Shown piece by piece: positions 10,587 to 21,946 of a stretch of 64,000 nucleotides of DNA. Made by a program: the position numbers and the translations under genes. The notes beneath the pieces are model-generated. The model ran no database searches, was not told the DNA's origin, and saw only the letters and a list, made by a program, of their open reading frames with translations. Every line of letters starts with the position of its first letter. Positions within the stretch are counted from its first letter, which is position 1. The stretch is taken from positions 8,770 to 72,769 of the forward strand of contig CAUBVH010000009.1 in NCBI GenBank assembly GCA_958439425.1. The letters are read 5' to 3'. The stretch comes from an uncultured Collinsella sp. GTDB taxonomy: Bacteria; Actinomycetota; Coriobacteriia; Coriobacteriales; Coriobacteriaceae.

Positions 10587-10904
10587 ATGGGTGTGCGCAC
10601 CGCAAACGTTCAGGATGGAAATATCGGAGAGACGCTGACGGGGCTCGCCGAGGTGATTCATGGTCGTCGTGATGCATCGCCTCAGGAAAGCTATACCGCG
10701 CGTCTGCTGACCGACGTCGAGGATGAGCTGCTCAAAAAGCTTGCCGAGGAGTCGAGCGAGGTGATCATGGCCTGCAAGGATAACGATCACGATCACATCC
10801 GCTACGAGGCCGGCGACCTGGTCTACCACCTGCTCGTAACCCTTGAGCGCTACGGTATCACCCTCGACGAGCTTGCCGGCGAACTCAACGCCCGCCGTCA
10901 CTAG
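10587..10904 (+). CDS. hisE: Phosphoribosyl-ATP pyrophosphatase
   Basis: SYTARLL, KKLAEE and EAGDLVYH motifs. Confidence 0.93.
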   Translation: MGVRTANVQDGNIGETLTGLAEVIHGRRDASPQESYTARLLTDVEDELLKKLAEESSEVIMACKDNDHDHIRYEAGDLVYHLLVTLERYGITLDELAGELNARRH

Positions 10905-10930
10905 TCATTGGGTGTTCTTAAACGACTAGT
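10901..10930. repeat. Short palindromic repeat between convergent genes, related to the copies at 62543-62614
   Basis: CTAGTCATTGGGTGTTCTTAAACGACTAG compared with CAGTCATTGGGGACGTTCTTAAATGACTAG. Confidence 0.6.
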
Positions 10931-11841
10931 TAGGCGAGGGGTGTGGATTCCCATTCGCCGGTGGGGTGGGGGACGTCGAAGGTTCGGTAGCCACAGTCGT
11001 AGGCGTGTGCCTGGGCCTCACGGATGTTCCAGCAAATGTCGCGGGCGCGGTGTGCGTCCGAGCCAAAAGTGATCGGCACCTCGGCATGGGCGAAGCAACG
11101 CAACAACCCGGTTGCGGGATAGTAGTCGTCGAGTCCCTTGCGCGGTGCGGCGGTCGAGACCTCAACGCGGCGGCCTGTGTCGTGCGCGCACTCTGCCATC
11201 TGCCCCCAAAACGGAGCGGGATCAAAGTCGGGTGCAAAGCCTTCCTTCGAAAAGCGCATGACCAGGTCGGGGTGGGCCATTACATCAAAGTTGAGTGAGC
11301 TTTCGCAAGCACGGCACCAGTCATCGACATAGCGTTCCCATATACCGCGCACGCCTAAGTTTTCCCAAACATGCAAGTTGGTGTCGTCATCGATCCAGCC
11401 GCAGCGTGAATCGGGCGTATCGGGGCGTGCGACACCCTCTGCCCCTGCCGTGGCCGCAGCGCCGGCCATGATATCGCCTGGGTTGCCAATCCAATGCACG
11501 CTGCCCAGGCGTACGACGGCGCCCTGGGACCAGCGCTCAACCAAAGGCTCGCAGCCCTCGTACCAATCGCATTCAAAGCCATAGATAAGCTCGAGCTCCG
11601 ACGCAATCTGCGCGGCAAGCTTGCGAGCATCCTCAAAAGCCAGACGATGTGCCGGCAGGTCGCCCTCAGTAACCTGCACCTCGCAGTTGGCATCCATGCT
11701 GGCTGGTAAGGTGAGGTGGTCGGTCGAGACCATGACCCGGCAGCCAGCGGCCGCGGCAGCGCGGACGTTTTCCTCAAACGAGGCATGCCCGTCCGAAAAC
11801 GAGGTGTGGGTGTGGCAATCGACCAGCGGGCACATGGGCAT
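10930..11841 (-). CDS. PHP-family histidinol-phosphatase (HisJ/HisK type)
   Basis: DCHTH, TDH, GSVH, AHPD and GSDAH metal motifs; adjacent to the his operon. Confidence 0.8.
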   Translation of the reverse strand: MPMCPLVDCHTHTSFSDGHASFEENVRAAAAAGCRVMVSTDHLTLPASMDANCEVQVTEGDLPAHRLAFEDARKLAAQIASELELIYGFECDWYEGCEPLVERWSQGAVVRLGSVHWIGNPGDIMAGAAATAGAEGVARPDTPDSRCGWIDDDTNLHVWENLGVRGIWERYVDDWCRACESSLNFDVMAHPDLVMRFSKEGFAPDFDPAPFWGQMAECAHDTGRRVEVSTAAPRKGLDDYYPATGLLRCFAHAEVPITFGSDAHRARDICWNIREAQAHAYDCGYRTFDVPHPTGEWESTPLA

Positions 11842-11958
11842 AGCGGCTCCTTTGCGTCAAGCGAATCCGCTCCATTGTAATGGCGCAGCTCTCAACACGC
11901 CGGGGGTCGAAATCGATTGGAAAGGCTGTGCGGCGCGCGGTGCGGCCTCGCTTGCGCT

Positions 11959-12030
11959 CTCAAAACATGCACATCAGCCTCCAAAACCGACAAAAAATGA
12001 CATGTTTGGAGGCTGACGTACACGTTTGAG
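11959..12030. repeat. Imperfect inverted repeat
   Basis: CTCAAAACATGCACATCAGCCTCCAAA is paired with TTTGGAGGCTGACGTACACGTTTGAG. Confidence 0.55.
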
Positions 12031-12172
12031 TGGAGCGGGCCGGCGTTGGAGCGCGCCAGCACTTGCGCCCAGCAAAAGTCGCACCTATCCCATGACGTCG
12101 CCCCTGCGCTGCCCGCGATGTGCTAGCGTTTGGGTGAATAAAACGAGCCCGTGCGGAAAGGATCCGGACCGT

Positions 12173-12649
12173 ATGCAACGTGGAAGTACATCTCCGCTGT
12201 CCCGCGAGACCGATGCACCCGAAACTATCGTCAAGCTGGAGTGCGACATCGACGATGCGTCGCCCGAGGTGCTCGCCTATGCCGCGGACCGCCTGCGCGA
12301 GGCGGGCGCCCGCGAGGTGCACTGGTTGCCTCTCTACTGCAAAAAAGGCCGCCCCGGTTGGCAGCTGCAGGTAATCTGCGCCCGCGAGGACATTGACCGT
12401 CTGCAGACGATTATCTTTTTGGAAACCACCACGAACGGCATCCGGCGCCAGGTGATGGAACGCGTCTGCCTGCCGCGTCGTTTTGAGCAGGTCGCGACGC
12501 CTTGGGGCGAAGTGGCCGTCAAGGTGGCCACCCTGCCCGACGGCAGTGAGCGTGCGGCGCCCGAGTACGAGGACTGCGCCCGTCTTGCCCGCGAGCATAA
12601 CGTGCCGCTCCAGCGCGTGATGCAGACGGCACAAGCCTCGGCACTGTGA
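12173..12649 (+). CDS. LarC C-terminal (LarC2-like) nickel-insertion domain protein; start uncertain
   Basis: LECDIDD.SPE, KKGRPG, ETTTNGIR and PEYED motifs; no LarC N-terminal domain. Confidence 0.75.
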   Translation: MQRGSTSPLSRETDAPETIVKLECDIDDASPEVLAYAADRLREAGAREVHWLPLYCKKGRPGWQLQVICAREDIDRLQTIIFLETTTNGIRRQVMERVCLPRRFEQVATPWGEVAVKVATLPDGSERAAPEYEDCARLAREHNVPLQRVMQTAQASAL

Positions 12650-12713
12650 TTTGAATAGCGCGGCCGGCGACATCTCGCGCCCGGCCACATCAGCCCCACC
12701 CGAAAGGACCACC

Positions 12714-13262
12714 ATGAAATACCTCATCGCTTCCGACATTCACGGCTCGGCATACTGGACCGAGCGTCTGGTCGCCGCAATCGAATCCGAGCAGCCCGAC
12801 CGCATCGTGCTGCTGGGCGACCTGCTCTACCACGGCCCGCGCAACGACCTGCCGCGCGACTACGCCCCCAAGCGCGTGATTCCGCTGCTCAACGCCCTGG
12901 CCGACCGCATCATCGCCGTCCGCGGCAACTGCGACGCCGAGGTCGACCAGATGGTGCTCGACTTTCCCGTCATGGCGGACTACGCCACGCTGTTCGATGA
13001 GGCCGGCCGTGAACTGTTCCTGACGCACGGCCACGTCTTTGGCGCCGGCATGCACAACAGCGTCGACCACGTGCCCGCGCTGCCCGAGGGCTCCGCGCTC
13101 GTCTACGGCCACACGCATATCAAGGTTAACGAGGCAAGCGAGGCACGCCCGGGCCTATGGCTCTTCAACCCCGGCAGCGTGAGCATCCCCAAGGACGGCA
13201 CGCACAGCTACGGCATCTACGAGGGCGGCGCGTTCCGTCACGTGATCCTGGAGGAGAAATAA
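12714..13262 (+). CDS. YfcE-like metallophosphodiesterase
   Basis: SDIHGS, GDLLYHGPRN, RGNCD, THGH, GHTH and NPGS motifs. Confidence 0.9.
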   Translation: MKYLIASDIHGSAYWTERLVAAIESEQPDRIVLLGDLLYHGPRNDLPRDYAPKRVIPLLNALADRIIAVRGNCDAEVDQMVLDFPVMADYATLFDEAGRELFLTHGHVFGAGMHNSVDHVPALPEGSALVYGHTHIKVNEASEARPGLWLFNPGSVSIPKDGTHSYGIYEGGAFRHVILEEK

Positions 13263-13264
13263 TC

Positions 13265-14125
13265 ATGGCGCAGCACATGGCTCGGCAAAATGCCGAGGGC
13301 TCGCGCGATCTGTCCACGCTGGTCGACGTGTCGGCCGAGCTGCAGCATTTGGTGCAGACTATCTGGCGTCTGCGTCAGCCCGATGGCTGCCCGTGGGACC
13401 GCGAGCAGACGCACCGCAGCATTGGCAAGAACATGATCGAGGAAGCCTACGAGGCGCTCGATTGCATCGAGGCGGACGACGTGGCGCATCTGCGCGAGGA
13501 GCTGGGCGACGTGCTCATGCAGGTGGTACTGCATGCGCAGATTGCGGCGGACGCCGGCGAGTTTACACTGGCCGACGTGGCGCGTGATATCGATGCCAAG
13601 CTCATCCGCCGTCATCCGCACGTGTTTAGCGATGTAGATGCTGACAGTTCCGACGAGGTACTCAAGATTTGGGACGAGGTCAAGCTTGCCGAGAGGGCTG
13701 CCAAGGACAAGGCCGTGGCGGCGGGCGAGGCCGCGCCCGAGGGTCTGCTCGACGGCGTGCCCACGCATCTGCCGGCGCTGATGCAGGCTCAGAAGGTGTC
13801 GCGCAAGGCGGCTGCCGTGGGCTTTGAGTGGGAGACGGTCCAGGATGTGTGGGACGAGGTCGTCGAGGAGCGTGCCGAGTTTGAGGCCGAGGCCCCCGGA
13901 ACGCCCGAGCGCGAAATGGAGTTTGGCGATCTGCTCTTTGCCCTGGTCAACGTCGCGCGCAAGGAGGGTATCGACGCCGAGAGCGCCCTGCGCGCCAGTA
14001 CGGCAAAGTTCCGCCGTCGCTGGGCCGCAATGGAGCAGATGGCGGCCGATGCTCACGTGGATCTTGCCGAGCTTTCGACCCACGGCCTCAACGACCTGTG
14101 GGATGCCGCAAAGGCGGAGGAGTAA
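13265..14125 (+). CDS. mazG: Nucleoside triphosphate pyrophosphohydrolase
   Basis: GCPWDREQT, EELGD, RRHPHVF and EFGDLLF motifs; immediately upstream of eno. Confidence 0.93.
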   Translation: MAQHMARQNAEGSRDLSTLVDVSAELQHLVQTIWRLRQPDGCPWDREQTHRSIGKNMIEEAYEALDCIEADDVAHLREELGDVLMQVVLHAQIAADAGEFTLADVARDIDAKLIRRHPHVFSDVDADSSDEVLKIWDEVKLAERAAKDKAVAAGEAAPEGLLDGVPTHLPALMQAQKVSRKAAAVGFEWETVQDVWDEVVEERAEFEAEAPGTPEREMEFGDLLFALVNVARKEGIDAESALRASTAKFRRRWAAMEQMAADAHVDLAELSTHGLNDLWDAAKAEE

Positions 14126-14302
14126 GACTGCGGGAACGACGGGCTTACACGCCTCATCGTTCCCGCTAAATTGTTCGAAAATCAAGTGTATCCCTTGGAT
14201 AACTTGGGGCATAATGCAAAAAGTGCGACATGGCTAACTTACGGAGGCGCACCGACGGTGCACGGTCAGCCGGTCGCTTGCATCCACTACGTTTCCAAGT
14301 GA

Positions 14303-15604
<1,302 letters not shown>

Positions 15605-15676
15605 ACGGGCGAATTTGGCGAGGGGGAGGCTGACTCGGTTCCGTCCCGCCTTGACTGGATGCTGCAAAGCGCCATG

Positions 15677-15708
15677 GGCGCTGGGCCATACGGCTCAGCG
15701 CCTTTTTT
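15677..15708 (+). terminator. Intrinsic terminator after eno
   Basis: GGCGCTGGGCC-loop-GGCTCAGCGCC followed by TTTTTT. Confidence 0.7.
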
Positions 15709-15799
15709 ATGTCGAGCAAAGGCTGGCGAAGGCGGTGCAGGCGCTCGTGCTATAACTAAAGGACTTAGCGCAAACAAACCTCAACCGCACAAGGCGCAC

Positions 15800-16561
15800 A
15801 TGGATCAGATTTACGACAACAGGTACTATTCCGCCGGTTCGCGCGAGCCGTCGCCTCGCCGTGCGCGCACGGTGCAGCTCGGTGGGTCCGATTACGCCGG
15901 TGCCGACCGCTCCATGCAGCGACCGACAAGTACCTCGCGCCCCAATGCTCAATCAAATACCTTGGCAGATGGACCGGTGCGCCCGGTACGTTCGTCGCAT
16001 GCGTCGCGTCCCTCGACTCAAGCACACGACAAATCGAGTAGGCCCTCGAACCGTCTTTCGGGCTCGGACTTTATGCATTACGCCAACGACAACGCGGTGG
16101 TCAAGGCGATCTATGACTTTACGCATGGCTCTCTGCGTCCGCTGTTTATCGGTATCGTGGTGGCTCTGGCGCTCGTGAGCCTGTATTTCCCCGTGCGCGA
16201 CCTGTACGTGGCAAAACGCTCGAACGACATCTTGGTCAAGCAGGTCGAGATTCGCCAGCAATACAATGATGAGCTGCAAAAAAGCGTCGACAAGCTGCTC
16301 TCGGAGGAGGGTATCAAGGACGCGGCGTCCGAGGACCTGGGCCTGGTGATGCCCGGCGAGAAGAAGATTGACGTGCTAGGCTTGGACGACGATTCGGACT
16401 CGTCGTCGAGTAAAAAGTCCTCAAACGCCAAGAAGGCCAGCGAAGTGGCCAAGGAAATCGAAGAAGTCGGCAAGGACGCGCCGTGGTACATCCAGGCGCT
16501 CGACATGCTGTTTGGGTTTAACGGCGTCGAGGGTCAGACGGTCGTGTCCAACGGCAAATAG
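15800..16561 (+). CDS. Septum formation initiator (FtsB/DivIC family)
   Basis: One TM helix, a coiled coil and the LGLVMPGE motif; conserved eno-divIC-ppx gene order. Confidence 0.75.
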   Translation: MDQIYDNRYYSAGSREPSPRRARTVQLGGSDYAGADRSMQRPTSTSRPNAQSNTLADGPVRPVRSSHASRPSTQAHDKSSRPSNRLSGSDFMHYANDNAVVKAIYDFTHGSLRPLFIGIVVALALVSLYFPVRDLYVAKRSNDILVKQVEIRQQYNDELQKSVDKLLSEEGIKDAASEDLGLVMPGEKKIDVLGLDDDSDSSSSKKSSNAKKASEVAKEIEEVGKDAPWYIQALDMLFGFNGVEGQTVVSNGK

Positions 16562-16581
16562 CGCCCGGAGGGGAGCCCGCA

Positions 16582-17583
16582 ATGACAAATTGCAAACGCT
16601 ATAAGGTGGCCGCGATCGACCTGGGAACGGTGTCGTCGCGACTGGTGTTGGCTCAGGTCGAGTGCGGAGCGATTGTGGAATCGTTCAAGCATACCGAGAT
16701 TACCGACCTGGGCGAGGGCGTGGACGCGACGGGGCGCTTTTGCGAGGCGGCCGTTGAGCGCGTGCTCGCTGCGTGCCGCATGTTTGTGGACGAAGCCCGT
16801 ACCTTTGGGGCCGCGTGCGTCTGCACCACCTGCACGAGTGCCGCGCGCGATGCGTCCAATGCCGCGCTGCTGCTGGACGGTCTGCACGATCTGGGGCTCG
16901 AACCGCAGGTGATTCCGGGCGAGGTCGAGGCGCGCCTGACATTTTTTGGCGTGGCGCACGACTTTGCCGGCGAGCGCATCATCGTCGCCGATTCGGGCGG
17001 CGGCTCCACGGAGCTCGCGACGGGCGTCTATGCGCCTGAGCGCGGGGTCTTTGCGCTGGAGGGAACGCGCTCGCTGGACATCGGTTGCCGTCGCGTGACC
17101 GAGCGGTTTTTCTCGGCACTGCCGCCAGCGGACAGTGAGCTTGCCGCCGCTGGCGCATGGGCATACGAGCAGTTTGCGGGCTACTTTGAGAGTCTGCCTG
17201 TCGACTTTGAGCGCGCCGAGCGCCTGGTCGCGGTAGGTGGTACCGTCACCACGCTCGTGGCACTCGTTCATGAACTGGAGCCGTATGATTCGAGCTTTGT
17301 GCACCTGCGCGAGCTTTCGCTGGAGCAGGTTTCGGCCGCTATCGAGCGCATGTCCGCGCTGGATGTTGCGGGCATTGCCGCTCTGCCGGGCGTGCAACCT
17401 AAGCGCGCAGGCGTGATCTTGGCAGGTGCCGTGGTAATTCGCGAGCTCATGCGAGCCGGCGGCTACGACACGCTTACCGTAAGCGAGAACAGCCTGCTCG
17501 CTGGCATGGCCACCACCATCAACGAGACCCTCGACGGCGAGCTACCCACCATCGGCTGGACCCCGAGCCTCAGCGCCCTCTAA
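16582..17583 (+). CDS. Ppx/GppA family phosphatase
   Basis: AAIDLGT, TSAARDA, EARLTF, DSGGGSTE and KRAGVI motifs. Confidence 0.9.
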   Translation: MTNCKRYKVAAIDLGTVSSRLVLAQVECGAIVESFKHTEITDLGEGVDATGRFCEAAVERVLAACRMFVDEARTFGAACVCTTCTSAARDASNAALLLDGLHDLGLEPQVIPGEVEARLTFFGVAHDFAGERIIVADSGGGSTELATGVYAPERGVFALEGTRSLDIGCRRVTERFFSALPPADSELAAAGAWAYEQFAGYFESLPVDFERAERLVAVGGTVTTLVALVHELEPYDSSFVHLRELSLEQVSAAIERMSALDVAGIAALPGVQPKRAGVILAGAVVIRELMRAGGYDTLTVSENSLLAGMATTINETLDGELPTIGWTPSLSAL

Positions 17584-17626
17584 CTATTCCACCGCAACTT
17601 AGAGTCCCGCCGGCGTGAAAAAGAAA

Positions 17627-17657
17627 CGAGCCCGCATCCCTTGGGGACACGGGCTCG
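17627..17657. terminator. Hairpin terminator between convergent ppx and tRNA-Leu
   Basis: CGAGCCCG..CCC/GGG..CGGGCTCG, preceded by an A-tract (U-tract on the minus strand). Confidence 0.55.
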
Positions 17658-17668
17658 AACGCTTCATA

Positions 17669-17753
17669 TGGTAGGGGCGGTGGGACTCGAACCCACAATC
17701 CTTGCGGCGAGAGATTTTAAGTCTCCTGCGTATGCCAATTCCGCCACGCCCCC
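17669..17753 (-). tRNA. tRNA-Leu (anticodon TAA)
   Basis: Reverse complement reads GGGGGCGTGGCGGAATTGGCATACGC-AGGAGA-CTTAAAA-TCTCT, long variable arm, GGTTCGAGTCC, encoded CCA. Confidence 0.95.
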
Positions 17754-17784
17754 GTGAGACTAGAAGTCTAGCACAAGCCGTCCG

Positions 17785-18408
17785 TTACGCGTTGACGGCC
17801 ATCGAGTGCTGACCCGACTTTTCCAAGTACTCGGTATACTTTGCCTCGTCGCCCTTGTTTTGGTACTGCAGGGCCAGCAGGTACTCCAAGCGGCAGCGCT
17901 TGACCGGGTCGTCGCCGACATCCTCGAGCATGCGCTCCAGTTCGGGAATGTCGTTGTGGCGCTTGAGGATCATCGTGTCGTACATCAGCTGGCATTCGTG
18001 TGCGACCGCCTCGGCCTGACCGCCCTCAAAGCCCTTGATCTCGTGCAGCAGCTCCTTAGACTTTTTGCGGTCCTCCTGGCCAACGTAGTAGTTAAAGGCC
18101 TTGATCACCAGGTCGACGCGCTGCATCTTGGGCAGGTTGAGTCCCAGCAGCAGGTCGAACATCTCGCCGGCGCGCTCGTGGTCCTCGCGCAGCAGATAGG
18201 AGTTTAGACGCAGGTAGTCGCGGTTGTAGCGCGGGTACAGCATGCTGGTGAGTTTGCCGTCGAGCAAACGATCGAACTCGGCCCACTGTTTGGCGGCCAT
18301 CAACTGTTGCAGGCGTTTAAACGTAGTGCGTTTTTTGACGCTAAAGAACACCGATACGGCGATACAGATGATAACGACGGCGGTCCAGAGTGTGCGGGAA
18401 TCGGGCAT
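17785..18408 (-). CDS. Hypothetical membrane-anchored helical (TPR-like) protein
   Basis: N-terminal TM helix, helical-repeat character, host-like codon usage. Confidence 0.6.
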   Translation of the reverse strand: MPDSRTLWTAVVIICIAVSVFFSVKKRTTFKRLQQLMAAKQWAEFDRLLDGKLTSMLYPRYNRDYLRLNSYLLREDHERAGEMFDLLLGLNLPKMQRVDLVIKAFNYYVGQEDRKKSKELLHEIKGFEGGQAEAVAHECQLMYDTMILKRHNDIPELERMLEDVGDDPVKRCRLEYLLALQYQNKGDEAKYTEYLEKSGQHSMAVNA

Positions 18409-18571
18409 GTTAGGATCCTTAGTCGCTCATAAAGCGAGCGGTATGACAACACGTACTAGATGTATTATACGCAGCGCACAAGCAAACTGGCATAAAAGCT
18501 CATCGAGGCTGAGTGCCATCGCTCGCTGCGGTACACTTACCTAAAGTAAACCATGAAGGGAGACATTACCT

Positions 18572-18859
18572 ATGAAGAAGATTGTTTTGGCTTGCGGTGC
18601 TGGCGCTGCTACTTCCACGCTCGTTGCCCAGAAGGTCGCCACCATGCTCGACGCCAACGGTTACGCCGACAAGTACGAGATCGTGCAGTGCGCCATCTCC
18701 GAGGCCAAGGACGTTTGCGACGAGGGCGCCGATCTGCTGATCGCCACCACCGTTGCCCCCGAGGGCCTTACCTGCCCGTACGTGAGCGGCGTGCCCTTCA
18801 TGACCGGCATGAACCGCGTCGCTGCCGAGAAGGCCGTTCTTGACGTCATGGCTCAGTAG
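18572..18859 (+). CDS. PTS system IIB component (galactitol/ascorbate-type)
   Basis: ACGAGAATS P-loop; 95 aa. Confidence 0.85.
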   Translation: MKKIVLACGAGAATSTLVAQKVATMLDANGYADKYEIVQCAISEAKDVCDEGADLLIATTVAPEGLTCPYVSGVPFMTGMNRVAAEKAVLDVMAQ

Positions 18860-18870
18860 GCGCTGACTGC

Positions 18871-19245
18871 ATGAGTGAGCAGAACGCCAATCCGGTCGAG
18901 CTCTTTGGCATGCGCGTTGCCCATGTGGGCATTAACGCCACCGACCCGGCAGACGCCCTGGAGATCGCGGAGCTGTTCTCGACGATGATGGGTCTGCCCG
19001 TTATCGAGACCCCGGTTTCGTACTTTAACGATTCGCTGGTCGAGGTCATGAAGCAGAATGGTCGTGGCACCAAGGGCCACATCGGCTTTGCCGTCAACGA
19101 CATTGATGCGGCCGAGAAGTGGTTTGCCGAGCGCGGGCTCGAGGTCAACGAAGAGTCGCGCGCGCTGCTGCCCGACGGTAGCACCAGGCTCGTGTACTTT
19201 AAGCGCGAGTTCGCCGGTTTCGCCGTGCATCTGTGCCGCGAGTAG
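18871..19245 (+). CDS. VOC/glyoxalase-fold protein
   Basis: AHVGIN, EVMK..GRGTKGHIGF and GFAVHL motifs. Confidence 0.7.
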   Translation: MSEQNANPVELFGMRVAHVGINATDPADALEIAELFSTMMGLPVIETPVSYFNDSLVEVMKQNGRGTKGHIGFAVNDIDAAEKWFAERGLEVNEESRALLPDGSTRLVYFKREFAGFAVHLCRE

Positions 19246-19267
19246 CGCACAAGCTGCCATAGCTAGC

Positions 19268-19302
19268 AAAAAGGGATAGGGCCGTGTGGCCCTATCCCTT
19301 TA
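19268..19302. terminator. Bidirectional intrinsic terminator
   Basis: AAAGGGATAGGGCC-GTGT-GGCCCTATCCCTTT between convergent genes. Confidence 0.8.
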
Positions 19303-19320
19303 TTTATGCCGAGGGGCTTC

Positions 19321-20616
19321 CTAGCGCGGCAGGCGAATCGTAAAGCGGCTGCCGACGCCCTCGACTGAGGTCACGCCAATGACGCCGCCATGGCTATCGA
19401 CGATCCACTTGGCAATGGCAAGCCCCAGACCCGAGCCCTGTGCGCCGGCATCGCGTGCATTGTCGGCGCGGTAGAACCGTTCAAACGCGTGAGCTGCGGA
19501 TTCCTGGTTCATGCCGATGCCCTCGTCCTCAACGCTTATGTCGATCGTGCCCGCGCCCGCATCCGGCGCTACGCCAAATGTGACGGTCGTTCCCGCATCC
19601 GAGTACTTGGCGGCGTTTTGCACGATCACGCGCAGAGCCTGCTTCACGAGCGCCACGTCGACGGGCGCGTCGCAGCGCGGGTCGCTGACAAGCGCAGCGT
19701 CAAAGGCCAGCCGATACGTGTGCTCGGTATCGATCATCTGCGATTCCTCGCATACCTCGTCGACCAGTGCGGCAAGGTTGGTATTTGCGCGCCGCAGGAC
19801 CGTGCGCCCGGCATCGCCGCGCGCCAAAAACAGCAGCTGCTCCACGAGCTCTTGCATGTGCTCGCTTTCGGCCTTGAGGGACGCGATAGATTCTGCCAGC
19901 ACGTCCGGGTCGTCTTTGCCCCAGCGATCGAGCATGTTTACGTAGCCCTGAATCACCGCGATGGGCGTGCGCAGCTCGTGGCTCGCATCGTTGACAAAGC
20001 GCATTTGCTGCAGTTTGGCCTCTTGCATCTGGCGCAGTAGGCGGTTGAGTGCAACCTCGATGCTTGCCAGGTCGGCGTCGCCGGTAGTGACGCTCGGCGA
20101 GTCGACGCTTGCGCGCTCGATGGCCTGCTCCAGTGTTTCCATCTTGCCGCCGGAGAGCTGCATACGGCCGAGCTCGTCCACGCGCAAGGCCAGGTCGTTG
20201 AGCGGTGCCATGGTGCGGCGCACGCGACGGGCGCCGCCGAGCATGTCGAGCACGCTGATGACCTGCCAACCCACAACGACAAGGTAGAGAGGCCATAGCG
20301 TGACGAGGTCCTGCGCGAGGGGGAAAGTCTTGGTGGTACGCGCAAGCTCGACGGTATAGGTGAGCGTTGTCAGGTCCCAGCCGCGCGCGGGCGTCAGCGA
20401 CATGCTGCGAACGGTGGCGCTGGGGATCCATCCTGCGGTAAACGCGCCGTTGGGCAGCGTCCGGTTGTATCCATAGACGAGGATCGCCACCGCAATAACC
20501 AACAGCAACAGATCGAGCCAGACGTAGCTCATCAGGCGGCGCCACATATAGCTCCAGTTGATGGCGCGGGCGATGGAGGTGACGCGCTTGGCCTCGGCAT
20601 TACGCGCGGCAGACAT
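19321..20616 (-). CDS. Two-component sensor histidine kinase
   Basis: Two TM helices; H-box DASHELRTP, N-box NAAKY, DEGIG, FERFYR and GSGLGL motifs. Confidence 0.95.
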   Translation of the reverse strand: MSAARNAEAKRVTSIARAINWSYMWRRLMSYVWLDLLLLVIAVAILVYGYNRTLPNGAFTAGWIPSATVRSMSLTPARGWDLTTLTYTVELARTTKTFPLAQDLVTLWPLYLVVVGWQVISVLDMLGGARRVRRTMAPLNDLALRVDELGRMQLSGGKMETLEQAIERASVDSPSVTTGDADLASIEVALNRLLRQMQEAKLQQMRFVNDASHELRTPIAVIQGYVNMLDRWGKDDPDVLAESIASLKAESEHMQELVEQLLFLARGDAGRTVLRRANTNLAALVDEVCEESQMIDTEHTYRLAFDAALVSDPRCDAPVDVALVKQALRVIVQNAAKYSDAGTTVTFGVAPDAGAGTIDISVEDEGIGMNQESAAHAFERFYRADNARDAGAQGSGLGLAIAKWIVDSHGGVIGVTSVEGVGSRFTIRLPR

Positions 20617-21385
20617 AGCCCACCCCGCGCACGGTCTGGATGATGCGGGCGCCGCCGGCGTCTTCGATCTTGGCGCGCAGGTGCGCGATGTGCACGTCGA
20701 CGTTGTTGGTGTCGCCTACGTATTCGTAGCCCAGCGCCTCGTGCGCGATGCGCTCGCGCGTGAGCACGGTGCCGGCATGCGCCATAAGCAGGGCGAGGAC
20801 GTCGAACTCGCGGGCCGTGAGCGCGATGGGCGAGCCGCCGACCGTGACTTCGCGGCGGTCGGGGTCGAGCGCAACCGAGTCAACGGTAAGCGCGGCGTGG
20901 GAGGGCGTGGCAGCGGTCTGGGTCGTGTCGGTTGCCGGGGACATTGTGGCGATACCGGCGCCCGCGCCGCCTGCCGCGCCCGCCCCAGTACCGGCGCCGC
21001 CAACGCCCGAAGCCGCCCGCACGGCCTCCGAGCGCTTCAGTGCCACGCGGATCCGTGCGAACAGCTCCTCAATCGCAAATGGCTTGGTCAGGTAATCGTC
21101 AGCACCGGCGTCAAGCCCTGCCACCTTGTCCATCACGGCATCGCGCGCGGTGACCATGATCACCGGCACGTCCTTGTGCTTGCGGACACGACGCAGCACC
21201 TCCATGCCGTTGAGCTGCGGCAGCAGCACATCGAGCAGAATCAGATCGTAGTCGCGCTCCAGCGCTAGGTCAACGGCGGTGCGGCCATCGGCGGCGTGCT
21301 CCACCTGGTAGCCCTCGTGCTCCAGCTCGAGCGTCACAAAGCGGGCGATTTTCTCCTCGTCCTCTACGATCAGGATCCGTGCCAT
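20600..21385 (-). CDS. OmpR-family response regulator
   Basis: ILIVEDE, LLDV, KPF and TVRGVGY motifs; Gly/Ala/Thr-rich interdomain linker. Confidence 0.95.
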   Translation of the reverse strand: MARILIVEDEEKIARFVTLELEHEGYQVEHAADGRTAVDLALERDYDLILLDVLLPQLNGMEVLRRVRKHKDVPVIMVTARDAVMDKVAGLDAGADDYLTKPFAIEELFARIRVALKRSEAVRAASGVGGAGTGAGAAGGAGAGIATMSPATDTTQTAATPSHAALTVDSVALDPDRREVTVGGSPIALTAREFDVLALLMAHAGTVLTRERIAHEALGYEYVGDTNNVDVHIAHLRAKIEDAGGARIIQTVRGVGYVCRA

Positions 21386-21403
21386 GCGTGCCCCCATCTG
21401 CGA

Positions 21404-21946
21404 TTACTTGTCGTCGTTCAGATTTTGCTTGATGTCGTCCGCGGCATTGGCAGCGCTGTCCATCAGGTTGTTGATGCTGCCGGGCACGTCGCCGTCGCTA
21501 TCGATGCGGTAGCGCATGCCAAAGAACAGGCCAAGCAGCATCAGCCATATCGTGGCGCCCCAGGCAAACAGGGCGACGATGGGAATCAGGATGGGGATGT
21601 TGAGGATGATCGCGTCGCGGCGCGTGGCGATAAACTTGGTGTCCAGGCTCAGACGGAAGAGCTTTTTGAGGTACTCCCACACGCCGTCCATCTTCTTGGA
21701 GAAGTCGGTCTTTTCGCTCGACTTTTCGTAGGCGACCTGCGCGGCGACCATCTCGGCCGAGGGCTCGTCGGCCGGCGCGGACTCGGTGGCGGCGTGCGCC
21801 GACGTGGTCTGGGTCTTGCCCTGCGACTCGAGCCAAATGATGGCGTCCAGAACGTTGCCGTCGGAGGCGTCGAGCGCGGCCTTGGCATCGGTATAGCTCA
21901 CGTTGCACTTGGTGCGGATAGTTTCAACTTTTTCGAGGTCGTCCAT
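21404..21946 (-). CDS. UBA-like N-terminus / DUF4342-like membrane protein
   Basis: VSYTDAKAALDASDGNVLDAII UBA-like segment and a C-terminal hydrophobic segment. Confidence 0.55.
   Translation of the reverse strand: MDDLEKVETIRTKCNVSYTDAKAALDASDGNVLDAIIWLESQGKTQTTSAHAATESAPADEPSAEMVAAQVAYEKSSEKTDFSKKMDGVWEYLKKLFRLSLDTKFIATRRDAIILNIPILIPIVALFAWGATIWLMLLGLFFGMRYRIDSDGDVPGSINNLMDSAANAADDIKQNLNDDK

Noticed and set aside
15605..15676. Riboswitch-like hairpin after eno
   Set aside because: No known consensus matched; adequately explained as 3'-UTR structure before a terminator
17669..17753. tRNA-Leu as the island integration site
   Set aside because: No duplicated tRNA 3' end was seen, and the island begins about 4.4 kb away beyond housekeeping-type genes
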